From Candidatus Poribacteria bacterium (GTDB taxonomy: Bacteria > Poribacteria > WGA-4E > WGA-3G): a DNA stretch of 64,000 bases. The stretch lies in assembly GCA_965214095.1 (NCBI GenBank), contig OZ243938.1, positions 3,328,001-3,392,000 of the forward strand, written 5' to 3'. The translations under genes were made by a program, and so were the position numbers. Of the stretch, positions 1-9,747 are shown piece by piece. Every line of letters begins with the position of its first letter. The first letter of the stretch is position 1. A model generated the notes under the pieces. It was not told the DNA's origin and made no database searches. It saw nothing but the letters and a program-made list of their open reading frames with translations.

Positions 1-1
1 G

Positions 2-769
2 ATATTAGACACAGGTGTTGATCGTGATGGCAGAAACGGGAAAACTCGCGCCTTGTTCGGTATGCAGATGCGGTATAATCTGGAAGATGGTTTTCCTGCA
101 GTAACTACAAAGAAGCTTGCCTTTCGTTCTGTCAAGGCAGAACTACTTGGTTTTTTACGGGGTTATGATCACATCAAACAATTTCAGAAACTGGGAACGC
201 AAATATGGAATGCTAATGCTGCTGCATGGGGGCGTGATGGTGCTCTCGGTTGTATCTATGGCGTTCAGTGGCGTAGGTGGCGAACAGAAGGTGGTAGGAT
301 TGATCAGTTGGCAGAGGTGATTGAACAGATCAAGACAAATCCACATAGTCGTCGGCATGTCGTTACGGCATGGAATCCGGGCGAATTAGATCAGATGGCA
401 TTAGCACCGTGCCACATGTTTTTCCAATTTTTTGTTGCAGATGACAAATTGTCGTTGCAGATGTATCAACGTAGTTGTGATATGTTTTTGGGTGTTCCTT
501 TCAACATAGCGTCTTATTCGTTACTCCTTTCTATGGTTGCTCAGATAACGGGTCTTCAAGCGAGTGAATTTATCCATGTATTAGGAGACGCACATATTTA
601 TCACACTCATTTTGATCAAGTCAAAGTACAACTCAAACGTCAGCCTTATCCATTACCTGAGCTTGTCCTTAACACGAAGGTGACCTCAATTGATAACTTC
701 AAAATGCAGGATTTGCAGTTGGAAAACTACCAGTCTCATGATGCAATTCGTGCCAGAATGATTGTTTAA
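2..769 (+). CDS. thyA: Thymidylate synthase (5'-truncated by window edge)
   Basis: Motifs FPAVTTKK, HSRRHVVTAWN, ALAPCH, YQRSCDMFLGVPFNIASY, DAHIY. The frame stays open back to base 2 (ILDTGVDRDGRNGKTRALFG). Confidence 0.97.
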   Translation: MLDTGVDRDGRNGKTRALFGMQMRYNLEDGFPAVTTKKLAFRSVKAELLGFLRGYDHIKQFQKLGTQIWNANAAAWGRDGALGCIYGVQWRRWRTEGGRIDQLAEVIEQIKTNPHSRRHVVTAWNPGELDQMALAPCHMFFQFFVADDKLSLQMYQRSCDMFLGVPFNIASYSLLLSMVAQITGLQASEFIHVLGDAHIYHTHFDQVKVQLKRQPYPLPELVLNTKVTSIDNFKMQDLQLENYQSHDAIRARMIV

Positions 770-841
770 AAAATCTAATCAGGTTTGGACATTTTTAGAG
801 TTACGCGACAATAGGTTTAAGGAATATTAAAATGAATTCAC

Positions 842-1176
842 CAACGTTTCAGGCAGGAAGCCCACTTCTTTAGGTGTGGGAGGAATGCCCGTTCCTATAT
901 TTTGCTTGACAGAAAACGTCAAGTCTATTATTATATGCCCAAGCAAGTCGGAAGTGTCTTGCATATCGGGGCACGTTGATTATATCCGTGTCCAAGTAAC
1001 TCGAAGACGATAGTTCGCTCGAACAGCTTCCGAAGTCGGAAGTGTCTGAGGTTCTGTATCGTGGGTCGCTGGGACCCCTCGGTGGCATACAGGTAAAGTT
1101 ACGAGCCAAGACCGAAGAACATCAAGCCTGGCAGAAGATTAACACAATCCCATGCCTTTAGGCTTGGGTACCTGAA
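842..1176 (+). mobile_element. Non-autonomous IS200/IS605-type element (PATE-like) with a structured non-coding interior
   Basis: Two related subterminal hairpins with CTTTAGG loops (861-880 cccacttctttaggtgtggg; 1149-1168 cccatgcctttaggcttggg), resembling TnpA(Y1)-recognised ends. No credible ORF inside. Boundaries are approximate. Confidence 0.65.
906..934 (+). promoter_or_regulatory. Sigma70-like promoter inside the IS200/IS605-type element
   Basis: TTGACA (906-911), 17 bp spacer, TATTAT (929-934). Confidence 0.6.
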
Positions 1177-1285
1177 TAAGAACATGCTTATACACCTGTC
1201 GCCTCGCTGGGGCTTTTGTAAGTGGCACACTATATACTATTTCCTACGAATTGCAATCTACATAAAATCTCAAATGTAATATTTT

Positions 1286-1420
1286 TAGTAAAAACCATAA
1301 TTATTTACACACGACGGTAGGTTCGGTTTCCTAACCGAACCGGTGTTGTTCTGTCTCATAGATGCGGTTAGGAAACCGCATCTACCGCGGAGTGTGTACA
1401 TATTTTTACATTTCACTATA
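1286..1420. repeat. MITE-like repeat family A carrying a GTAG-REP doublet
   Basis: Ends tagtaaaa...tttcactata. Interior gtaggttcggtttcctaaccgaacc plus tagatgcggttaggaaaccgcatctac. A near-identical inverted copy lies at 26035-26169. Confidence 0.85.
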
Positions 1421-1428
1421 ATAGAAGA

Positions 1429-2211
1429 ATGACTATGACTAAAACAAAAAGCCTGATTGTCCTATGCATAAGTTTCATAATAGTACTCTGTGGATGCGGC
1501 AAACCCTCTCATGGTTTCAAAATCTACAGAAACAGTGATATGGTTTTAATCTTTTTAGCATTGCAGAATACATCTGAAATTGTTGACGCAACAATTGATA
1601 ATGGCAATAAAGAGCTGCAATTGGATATTGATACGGGTCAAGAGGTAGTGAATCATGTCATGTCTCTTAAACGGAAATTATTTGTCAGTCTCATCAAACC
1701 TGATGAGACGCTTGAAATTAAAGAAAGAGACAGGATAAATGGATACGGGATCGTTCATTTAACGGTATCTTCCCCTATACCCAACAGAGGGTCAATGTCT
1801 CTCAACTGGACAGGTATAAAGAAACCTGGTATTCCTCAGCAAGCAGGACTTTTCAACAATTCCGGAGCATTCCGTGTTGGTGATAGAATTTTGGCATACT
1901 GTCGTATTCCAGAACACGAAGAGTCGTCATGGAAAATTTCTAAATTTGGCGTTACAGTTGAAGTTACAGACACTACATCTTTTGAGAATCTTGAGGTCAA
2001 TACTGATGGGAATCCTGTTTTGGAGATTTTAACTGGTGATGAAGAAATAGGAAACCAGAAACTTAATTTTGTCCTTAAAGAACTGCAACCACATGAAACA
2101 GTTGAAGTAGAGAATAAACAGAAATTAGGTGATGATGTTTTTCTTGTTAACCTGAGGGTTATCCCAAAGAATAATCAGCATATAAATGATGATATTTTGT
2201 CAGATCGTTGA
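1429..2211 (+). CDS. Uncharacterised lipoprotein, paralog 1
   Basis: Signal peptide with lipobox (VLCGC). Shares IVDA-x-D...LxxDxG...RIxG...HxxV motifs with the next two ORFs. Confidence 0.75.
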   Translation: MTMTKTKSLIVLCISFIIVLCGCGKPSHGFKIYRNSDMVLIFLALQNTSEIVDATIDNGNKELQLDIDTGQEVVNHVMSLKRKLFVSLIKPDETLEIKERDRINGYGIVHLTVSSPIPNRGSMSLNWTGIKKPGIPQQAGLFNNSGAFRVGDRILAYCRIPEHEESSWKISKFGVTVEVTDTTSFENLEVNTDGNPVLEILTGDEEIGNQKLNFVLKELQPHETVEVENKQKLGDDVFLVNLRVIPKNNQHINDDILSDR

Positions 2212-2240
2212 GTAAATGTTCGCAGTGTAAAATGGGAGAA
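2200..2240 (+). repeat. 41-bp junction repeat, copy 1
   Basis: 34/41 identical to 2996-3036. Ends in the RBS ggagaa. Confidence 0.8.
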
Positions 2241-2247
2241 TTTCCTT

Positions 2248-2982
2248 ATGAAAACCAACATTCTTTATATTATCAGTCTGTTACTGTTGTGTGTTAGTTG
2301 TAATGTTGAACAGAAACAACAACTGAGTTATGTGGAAGGTAGTGGTGGTCATGAATATCGAATGCATGAGATCCGTATACCAGAAAATTGGAAAATAGTG
2401 GATGCAGAACTTGATTTCAGACAGTTAAACTTAGAGTTTGATAGAGGTAATGGTATTGAAAAACAGAGTTTAAAATATCCATACAGAGCTTCTGACATCA
2501 TTGATGACTACTATGAGTTTTTTAAATTCAGAGGGGCAAATAGGTTAGCTGGACGAACTTTATTACATTTTTCCACAGATGAAGATCCGCAAAGCGAGTT
2601 TAACCCTCCTATTGGAACATCCAAGATTTCGTCAGGCATAAAAGAACGTGAAGAATTTGCCATCTATCGGACAAGTAGATTGCTTGTAATCCATTTCTCA
2701 ATTAAGAATACGGCTCTCGGTAATTTGACTTCTCACGACCTTACAAAACGTTACGCAAAAGGACCACATAATAGAGGAGAAACGGCTTATTTTGAAATCA
2801 TTGATGGTAAAATGCATTATAATATAGTGCTTAATAATAAAGAAACCCGAAGCTTTCTCATTGATGATTATTATAAGAATGAAACTTATAACGGTAGTGG
2901 AGAAAGCAATAGTATAAGCAATAATGAGGTAAGTTGGACTTGGAGTTATAGGATTACCTCTAAACATGAAATGGATAGGTAA
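2248..2982 (+). CDS. Uncharacterised lipoprotein, paralog 2
   Basis: Lipobox CVSC. WKIVDAELD...FDRGNGIEK...GANRLAG...LHFS is shared with paralog 3. Confidence 0.8.
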   Translation: MKTNILYIISLLLLCVSCNVEQKQQLSYVEGSGGHEYRMHEIRIPENWKIVDAELDFRQLNLEFDRGNGIEKQSLKYPYRASDIIDDYYEFFKFRGANRLAGRTLLHFSTDEDPQSEFNPPIGTSKISSGIKEREEFAIYRTSRLLVIHFSIKNTALGNLTSHDLTKRYAKGPHNRGETAYFEIIDGKMHYNIVLNNKETRSFLIDDYYKNETYNGSGESNSISNNEVSWTWSYRITSKHEMDR

Positions 2983-2995
2983 GTATAAAATCAAT

Positions 2996-3036
2996 TCAGA
3001 TCGTTGAGTTAATGTTTGCGGTGTATATGCGGAGAA
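2996..3036 (+). repeat. 41-bp junction repeat, copy 2
   Basis: tcagatcgttgagttaatgtttgcggtgtatatgcggagaa, matching 2200-2240. Confidence 0.8.
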
Positions 3037-3043
3037 CCGACAA

Positions 3044-3811
3044 ATGAAAACTTGGATAGTTTATATAATCAGTTTCTTATTACTGTGTAGTAGTTGCCAG
3101 ATGGAACAACGGAGCCTGATGGAACAAAAGTCACGTGACTTTTTTGAACAAGAACCGCGTATTATATCCATAGGTAGTGATGGATGGAGTACGTTTCAGA
3201 TAGTCATGCCGGTTCATTGGAAAATAGATGATGCTCAACTTAATTTAAACCCAATGAATCAAGAATTTGATTTACACTTAGCGTTTGATAGAGGTAGAGG
3301 TATAGAAAAACATAGTTTACCGGTTGATTTTCTGTCTAATGATTATGCCGAAGATATTCAATTCAGTGGTGCAAACAGAATTGATGGGTTGGCATTCTTG
3401 CACTTTAGTAAAAAAGATCCTCAGACTATGGCAAAACCTCCGTTGGGTATATCCAGAATTAATAAAGAAGCAAAATTCCATGAGATCATACTTGCTTATC
3501 GAAGCGGCAATCAACTTAAGGTGCTTTTTTTAGCCGAGAATACCTCGTTTGGTAATCTTCAATCTCACGATCTTCACCATTACTATTTTGGAGAAACTGA
3601 GATTAAAGACTATGCTAAGTATACATTAGAACTCAATAATGGTGAATTACAATTTAATTTTGGAAATAACTCCAAAGGCAACCGAAATTTTCCCATTCAT
3701 AAGTTGGTAAATCGGTATGAAGAATTTGGTCCTGGCGGCGAAGGGGCTGCTATGGGTTCAGTTAGGTTGCAGGTGACGGCGCGCTATGAATTAGTTTCTA
3801 AAGATAAATAA
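3044..3811 (+). CDS. Uncharacterised lipoprotein, paralog 3
   Basis: Lipobox CSSC. WKIDDAQLN...FDRGRGIEK...GANRIDG...LHFS...NTSFGNLQSHDL. Confidence 0.8.
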   Translation: MKTWIVYIISFLLLCSSCQMEQRSLMEQKSRDFFEQEPRIISIGSDGWSTFQIVMPVHWKIDDAQLNLNPMNQEFDLHLAFDRGRGIEKHSLPVDFLSNDYAEDIQFSGANRIDGLAFLHFSKKDPQTMAKPPLGISRINKEAKFHEIILAYRSGNQLKVLFLAENTSFGNLQSHDLHHYYFGETEIKDYAKYTLELNNGELQFNFGNNSKGNRNFPIHKLVNRYEEFGPGGEGAAMGSVRLQVTARYELVSKDK

Positions 3812-3865
3812 AATCAGAGAAATACAACTAACCGTTTTGCGAACCGATGGAGGACTGAAAGTACA

Positions 3866-4369
3866 TTGCAAATCTCAATGATTGCTGCGATAGATAAGAA
3901 TAGACTCATTGGCAATGGTCCAAACATCCCTTGGAAACTGCCTGCTGATCTCAAACACTTTCGTGAGATGACAATTGGCAAACCTGTCGTCATGGGACGC
4001 AAAACCTTTGAAACACTTCCACGTCCGTTGGCAAAGCGAAAGAATATCATCCTCACCCGCAATCAGAACTACACTGCCCCGAAAGGTTGTATAGTTACTC
4101 ACTCTGTAGAGGAAATCATTACAACTGTCAGCGAAATCTATGTCGACGTGACAACGGAACTTATGATTTGTGGTGGAGCGCCAATTTACGCAGCCTTTTT
4201 ATCACATTCTACCCGACTTTATCTCACACAGGTTCATGCTACGTTTGAAGGGGATGTCTATTTTCCTGAATTTGATTGGAATGCGTGGGATGAAGTGAAA
4301 CGGATTGACTGTGATGCGGATGAGAAGAATCCTTATCCTTACAGTTTTTTGGTTTTAGATAAGAAATAG
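3866..4369 (+). CDS. folA: Dihydrofolate reductase
   Basis: IPWKLPADLKHFR, VVMGRKTFETL, RKNIILTR, ICGGAPIY, EGDVYFP. TTG start with ggagg RBS. Confidence 0.97.
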   Translation: MQISMIAAIDKNRLIGNGPNIPWKLPADLKHFREMTIGKPVVMGRKTFETLPRPLAKRKNIILTRNQNYTAPKGCIVTHSVEEIITTVSEIYVDVTTELMICGGAPIYAAFLSHSTRLYLTQVHATFEGDVYFPEFDWNAWDEVKRIDCDADEKNPYPYSFLVLDKK

Positions 4370-4386
4370 AATAGTGGAGTGAATTA

Positions 4387-5019
4387 GTGCTTAATTTATG
4401 TATGCTTTCTGGTTCTTTTGAATATGACTCAGAAACATCTTTGACTATTTTCAAAAAGTATGTTGAGAAAAACTACCCCATCCAAGCCAATATGATTGCC
4501 TATGAATCAGAAGATGATGACCCATCTTTAGCTGCGATAGATGATGCAGATGCTCTGTTAGTCTTTACGCGGCGGCTCAATACAGATGGAGATTCACTTG
4601 CGAAATTTCAGGCATATTGTGAGACAGGCAAGCCACTCGTTGGTGTGCGAACTGCAAGCCACGCATATCAGAATTGGTTGGATTTTGATAAAGAGGTATT
4701 GGGAGGGGACTATCAAGGTCATTATGGTCACGGTCCCACTGTTCAGTTAGAAACGTTAGCACCAGAACATCCAATCCTGAAAGATATACCCAAATTTGAA
4801 AGTTATGGGAGTCTATATAGGAATCCTTCAATTAGTAATGATGCATCTGTGCTTCAGATGGGACACACGGATGAACATACGGAACCTGTTGCTTGGACGC
4901 GTTTGCACAATGGTGGACGTATCTGCTATACTTCGTTAGGACATCAGAAGGATTTTGAATTAGATGCGTTTTTGCAGTTTCTGGTACAGAGTGTTCTTTG
5001 GGTGACAGAAGAGATATAG
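4387..5019 (+). CDS. ThuA-like (class I glutamine amidotransferase-like fold) protein
   Basis: GVRTASHA, LGGDYQGH, EPVAWTR, GRICYTSLGH. Confidence 0.8.
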   Translation: MLNLCMLSGSFEYDSETSLTIFKKYVEKNYPIQANMIAYESEDDDPSLAAIDDADALLVFTRRLNTDGDSLAKFQAYCETGKPLVGVRTASHAYQNWLDFDKEVLGGDYQGHYGHGPTVQLETLAPEHPILKDIPKFESYGSLYRNPSISNDASVLQMGHTDEHTEPVAWTRLHNGGRICYTSLGHQKDFELDAFLQFLVQSVLWVTEEI

Positions 5020-5077
5020 GAAGATTTAATTTAAGGATTTTTTATACCTCTGTGTTTTGCAGGGGTATTTTTTAGAT

Positions 5078-6304
5078 ATGGAAACACTTGCGATAACGAA
5101 TGGCGACATCTATACCCCGACACATTACGGTCACGGTAATCTCGTCATTCAAGGCGATAAAATATCAGCAATTACTAAAGAGCAATTACCTCCATCCGAT
5201 GAGGTGATTGATGCATCTGGTTGCCTTGTCATTCCTGGATTGATTGATGGATTGATTCACGGCGGTGGTGGTTGTGATAGCATGACCGGAAAAGTTGAAG
5301 ATATTGAGACAATTGCACGCGCACATGCATCAGATGGTGTGACTTCTTTGGTGGTAGGTATATCTTCTGGGAGTATGGAGCATATAAACGCATCTTTAGA
5401 GGCAATTGCACAAGTTGCTGATGAACCCGTGTCAGATGGATCTAGGATTATAGGGTCGTATGTTGAGGGGAAATTCGGTAGTCTTGCCAAGAATGGCGCA
5501 CAGAATGCGAAATACATTACACCTCCGAACTTTGAAGAATTTCACGCAATGTGGGCAGCCTCTGATGGTACATTAAAGGTAATTTCTGTCGCACCAGAAA
5601 ACGATGAAAATTTTCAGTTTATCAAACATCTTGCTGAATTTAGGACAGATGCTTATAATAACATTGTTATAGCGATGGGACATACAAACGCTTCTTATCA
5701 GCAAGCGATGGATGCAATTGACGCGGGTGTTACACGTGCAACACATACCTACAACGGCATGAGCGGTATGCACCACCGTGATCTCGGTGCACTTGAGGCA
5801 GTTTTAGATCATCCAAACATACACGCGGAATTGATTGTTGACGAACACCACGTAAATCCTTTCTGGGGTAAACATCTGATAGAAGCAAAAGGTGTTTCAG
5901 GTGTAGGATTGATTACGGATTGCACCGAACATGCGGGTCTTTCTACTGAAGAATGGCAGAAGGATGCCGTATATGAAGCAGCACATGACGCGTTTCAGCT
6001 TAAGGATATGGTTGATACGGATACCTATAAATATATAAAAGATGGTGCAATGTGGTTGGATGTTGGCAAACCGACTGAACGGCTCGCGGGAGCAATCATC
6101 ACATTGATGGATGGTGTCCGTAATGTTGTGAAGTGGGGATTTTCATTGGAAGATGCGTTGACGATGGCGACATTAACACCTGCACAGAATTTAGGTGTAG
6201 AGGATCGCGTGGGTTCAATTGCCCCTGATAAGGCTGCAGATATAGTTATTGTTGATGACAGTTTAAATGTGCAAAAGGTGGTTTTGCGTGGGAAAGTGAT
6301 ATAA
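5078..6304 (+). CDS. nagA: N-acetylglucosamine-6-phosphate deacetylase-like amidohydrolase
   Basis: PGLID-x-IHGGGG, VAPE, GHTNA, THTYNGM, ITD, LAG, PAQNLG, ADIVIVD. Divergent at HLEGPF (here YVEGKF). ATG start chosen at 5078. Confidence 0.8.
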   Translation: METLAITNGDIYTPTHYGHGNLVIQGDKISAITKEQLPPSDEVIDASGCLVIPGLIDGLIHGGGGCDSMTGKVEDIETIARAHASDGVTSLVVGISSGSMEHINASLEAIAQVADEPVSDGSRIIGSYVEGKFGSLAKNGAQNAKYITPPNFEEFHAMWAASDGTLKVISVAPENDENFQFIKHLAEFRTDAYNNIVIAMGHTNASYQQAMDAIDAGVTRATHTYNGMSGMHHRDLGALEAVLDHPNIHAELIVDEHHVNPFWGKHLIEAKGVSGVGLITDCTEHAGLSTEEWQKDAVYEAAHDAFQLKDMVDTDTYKYIKDGAMWLDVGKPTERLAGAIITLMDGVRNVVKWGFSLEDALTMATLTPAQNLGVEDRVGSIAPDKAADIVIVDDSLNVQKVVLRGKVI

Positions 6305-6495
6305 TGAATTACTAAACTAATGGGATATTGTCTATCAGAAATAGTATGGGAACAAATTGATTTTCAGTCAGTTTTTTCTGGTATATCCCAATTTAGAAAA
6401 AGTGATCCGTATTTCCTGATTTCGGTGTAAATTGCAAGAAATTTAGCAATTTTACAATAAATCTATAATAATTCGGACATTTTTCTGAATTAAAC

Positions 6496-6524
6496 TTGAC
6501 ATGACCTTAATTAATGATTATAAT
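6496..6524 (+). promoter_or_regulatory. Consensus sigma70 promoter of the str operon
   Basis: TTGACA, 17 bp spacer, TATAAT. Confidence 0.85.
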
Positions 6525-6636
6525 ATAAGTTTTGAGTGTAGTTATAAGTCTTGTCCGCAGCAATTCAAGGGGGCATTCAATTTGAAAACAGTCTAACGTC
6601 GTTTTACAGCAACGTTAATATGTTCAGTTGAATCAG

Positions 6637-6661
6637 AAGCCCCGCGAGGGCTTTTTCTTTT
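6637..6661 (+). terminator. Intrinsic terminator-like hairpin within the rpsL leader (candidate attenuator)
   Basis: aagccc-cgcga-gggctt followed by a U-rich tract, located between the promoter and rpsL. Confidence 0.6.
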
Positions 6662-6698
6662 GTCTATCCAGTAGTTATTATGGCAGTGAGGAGTGGAG

Positions 6699-7073
6699 AT
6701 GCCGACAATAAATCAGTTAATCAAGAAACCACGTAAGAAATATCGCAAGAAAACGAAATCCCCGATTCTCCAGCAGTGCCCACAACGGAGAGGTATCTGT
6801 CTACAGGTGAAAACGGTAACACCGAACAAACCGAATTCTGCTTTACGGAAAGTTGCCCGTGTCCGATTTACCTCTTCTGCTGATGAAGCAACATGCTATA
6901 TTCCTGGGATTGACCACAATTTACAGGAGCACTCAGTTGTGTTGGTGCGTGGTGGTAGAGTCAAGGATTTGTCAAACGTGCGGTATCACATTGTACGTGG
7001 GAAATTAGATACAGCAGGTGTAGAAAATCGTCGTCAAGGTCGTTCAAAATATGGTGCACGCAAACCCAGTTAA
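6699..7073 (+). CDS. rpsL: 30S ribosomal protein S12
   Basis: [48 protein letters not shown] gaggag. Confidence 0.98.
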   Translation: MPTINQLIKKPRKKYRKKTKSPILQQCPQRRGICLQVKTVTPNKPNSALRKVARVRFTSSADEATCYIPGIDHNLQEHSVVLVRGGRVKDLSNVRYHIVRGKLDTAGVENRRQGRSKYGARKPS

Positions 7074-7104
7074 TAATGCTCAAGTTTGTTTGGAGGAGTT
7101 ATAG

Positions 7105-7575
7105 ATGCCGAGACGTGGAAACGTCCCAAAACGGGAAGTCAATCCTGATCCTATTCATAACAGCAAATTGGTTTCAAAATTTATTAACCACATGATGTGG
7201 GATGGGAAAAAAGGCACAGCACAAAATATCGTCTACACCAGTTTCAAGATTATTGAAGAACGAACGAGTGAAGACGGTTTTGAAGTGTTTCGTGAAGCGA
7301 TCAATAAAGTAAAACCAGTGCTTGAAATTCGACCCCGTCGTGTTGGTAGTCAAACGTATCAGGTTCCTGTTGATGTAAAAACAGAACGTAGAACGACATT
7401 AGCAATTAACTGGATTATTGAATCTGCGCGAAGCCGAGGCGAAAAGGGTATGGCTGCTCGGTTAGCAGGAGAACTTATGGATGCTGCAAAAGAAGAAGGT
7501 GCAGCAATAAATAGGAAAAGAGACCAACATCGGATGGCAGAAGCGAATAGAGCATTTGCACACTATAGATGGTAA
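7105..7575 (+). CDS. rpsG: 30S ribosomal protein S7
   Basis: MPRRG, DGKK, RRVG-x-[20 protein letters not shown]. Confidence 0.98.
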   Translation: MPRRGNVPKREVNPDPIHNSKLVSKFINHMMWDGKKGTAQNIVYTSFKIIEERTSEDGFEVFREAINKVKPVLEIRPRRVGSQTYQVPVDVKTERRTTLAINWIIESARSRGEKGMAARLAGELMDAAKEEGAAINRKRDQHRMAEANRAFAHYRW

Positions 7576-7641
7576 TTAAACTAACATTGTACATTTATTA
7601 CGTGGGTTGAATGAGACCTACGAACTGAGAGAATTGAAACT

Positions 7642-9747
7642 ATGGCGGACAGAAATCAGAGGGTGCCACGAAGGTCAACCCTATCGCACACGCGAAACAT
7701 AGGTGTTATGGCGCACATTGATGCGGGTAAAACAACCGTAACTGAACGTATTCTATTCTATACGGGTAGAGTGTATCGCATCGGTGAAGTTGACGAAGGC
7801 ACAACCACAATGGATTGGATGGTGCAGGAACAGGAGCGTGGCATTACGATTACTGCTGCGGCGACTACCTGTAACTGGAAAGAACATCATATCAATATCA
7901 TTGATACACCAGGACATATTGACTTTACTGTTGAAGTTGAACGTTCTTTGAGAGTTCTTGATGGAGCGGTTGCTGTGTTCTGTGCCGTAGGTGGTGTTGA
8001 ACCCCAATCCGAGACAGTATGGCGACAAGCGGATAAATACGAAATCCCTCGCATTGCTTACGTCAATAAGATGGATAGAACGGGTGCTGATTTTTTCCGT
8101 ACCGTTGAAATGATGGAAGAACGTTTAGGCACAACAGCTGTACCTATTCAATTGCCGATTGGTTCCGCTGAACAATTCAGAGGGATCGTAGACCTGATTT
8201 CAATGAAAGGGCAATTGTGGGACGAAAGTAGTCAAGGTGCTGTTATTCATGAAACCGACATTCCACCAGAAATGGAAGAGATGGTGCACGAATATCGGGA
8301 CCAATTGTTTGAAGCTGTTGCTGAATGGGATGAAGAATTATGTGAGAAATACCTTGATGGTGTTGAAATCACACCTGAAGAGATAAAAGCTGGTTTACGC
8401 CAAGCGGTGCTTAGCAGTAAGGTCGTTCCAGTGCTTTGTGGAAGTGCACTAAAGAACAAAGGTGTCCAACCGCTTTTAGATAGCATAATCTCGTATCTTC
8501 CCTCCCCGACAGATGTCAAACCAGTCGTTGGTTTTAACCCAAAAACAGAAGAAGAAGAAACACGTAATTCAGATAAAGATGACCCGTTCTGTGCGTTGGC
8601 ATTTAAAATCACCACTGATCCACACGTTGGAAAACTGACATATCTGCGCGTTTACTCTGGGGTATTGAACAAAGGTGATACTGTTTACAACAGCAAGAGC
8701 GATAAATATGAACGTATTGGTAGGTTGATGCAGATGCATGCGAATAAACGTGAAGAACATCAATCCGTTAGTGCGGGTGACATCGTTGCAGCGATTGGAC
8801 TCAAAGACCTAAGTACTGGCGACACTCTCTGTGATCCGAAAGCGCATATTGCACTGGAAACGATGGTGTTTCCGTTACCTGTTATGTCAATCGCAGTTGA
8901 ACCGCGTTCACAATCAGATATAGACAAATTGAACCTTGCTCTCTCAAAATTGGCTGAAGAAGATCCAACTTTCAAAGTGCATCAAGACCCGGATACAGGA
9001 CAAACACTGCTATCTGGTATGGGTGAGCTTCATTTGGAAATCATCGTGGACAGACTTGTCCGCGAGTTTAATGTTTCAGCAAACGTAGGTTCACCTGAAG
9101 TGGCATATCGTGAAACACTTAAGAAACCGGTCAAAGCTGAAGCCAGATTCGTACGACAATCAGGTGGTAGAGGTCAGTTTGGTCATGTCGTTATTGAAGT
9201 AGCACCACTTGAAAAAGGTTCAGGTTTTGAATTTACTGATGAGACGAGAGGCGGATCGGTCCCACAAGAGTTCGTTCCTGCGGTAAGAAAAGGTATTGAA
9301 AACGCCATGAATGTTGGTACTTTAGCAGGATATCCTGTTGTTGATGTGGGAGTTCGTCTCGTAGATGGATCTCATCATCAGGTTGATTCCTCTGAGATGT
9401 CATTTTCCATTGCTGGTTCGATGGCATTCAAAGAAGCGGCAAAAAAGGCAGGTTCTGTTTTGCTTGAACCGATCATGGGTGTTGAGGTGATCGTACCAGA
9501 TGAGTATCTTGGCAAAGTGATTGGTGATCTCAATTCCCGTCGTGCACATATTAGAGATACGGAAGTGCATACGAAATCTCGGATTCAGGTTGTTCGTGTA
9601 GATGTACCACTTTCTGAAATGTTCGGTTATGTTAAGTCGCTTCGTTCGCTGACACAGGGACGGGCTAACTATACTATGGAGTTTGCACATTATCGGGAAG
9701 TACCAACAAGCGTTGCGGAAGAATTGATTACTAATACAAAATCGTAA
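7642..9747 (+). CDS. fusA: Elongation factor G
   Basis: [50 protein letters not shown]. Confidence 0.98.
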   Translation: MADRNQRVPRRSTLSHTRNIGVMAHIDAGKTTVTERILFYTGRVYRIGEVDEGTTTMDWMVQEQERGITITAAATTCNWKEHHINIIDTPGHIDFTVEVERSLRVLDGAVAVFCAVGGVEPQSETVWRQADKYEIPRIAYVNKMDRTGADFFRTVEMMEERLGTTAVPIQLPIGSAEQFRGIVDLISMKGQLWDESSQGAVIHETDIPPEMEEMVHEYRDQLFEAVAEWDEELCEKYLDGVEITPEEIKAGLRQAVLSSKVVPVLCGSALKNKGVQPLLDSIISYLPSPTDVKPVVGFNPKTEEEETRNSDKDDPFCALAFKITTDPHVGKLTYLRVYSGVLNKGDTVYNSKSDKYERIGRLMQMHANKREEHQSVSAGDIVAAIGLKDLSTGDTLCDPKAHIALETMVFPLPVMSIAVEPRSQSDIDKLNLALSKLAEEDPTFKVHQDPDTGQTLLSGMGELHLEIIVDRLVREFNVSANVGSPEVAYRETLKKPVKAEARFVRQSGGRGQFGHVVIEVAPLEKGSGFEFTDETRGGSVPQEFVPAVRKGIENAMNVGTLAGYPVVDVGVRLVDGSHHQVDSSEMSFSIAGSMAFKEAAKKAGSVLLEPIMGVEVIVPDEYLGKVIGDLNSRRAHIRDTEVHTKSRIQVVRVDVPLSEMFGYVKSLRSLTQGRANYTMEFAHYREVPTSVAEELITNTKS

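Noticed and set aside
870-1109. 79-aa minus-strand ORF
   Set aside because: It lies inside the structured non-coding element, with no RBS or recognisable motif.
2200-3036. Integron attC sites between the lipoprotein genes
   Set aside because: GTTGAGT fits GTTRRRY, but there is no RYYYAAC inverse core, no palindromic body and no integrase. Tandem duplication explains the repeat.
7906-7935. Fusidic-acid resistance substitutions in EF-G
   Set aside because: [11 protein letters not shown] retains the Phe and Val at the known resistance positions. The V-to-I change seen here is not one I can link to resistance.
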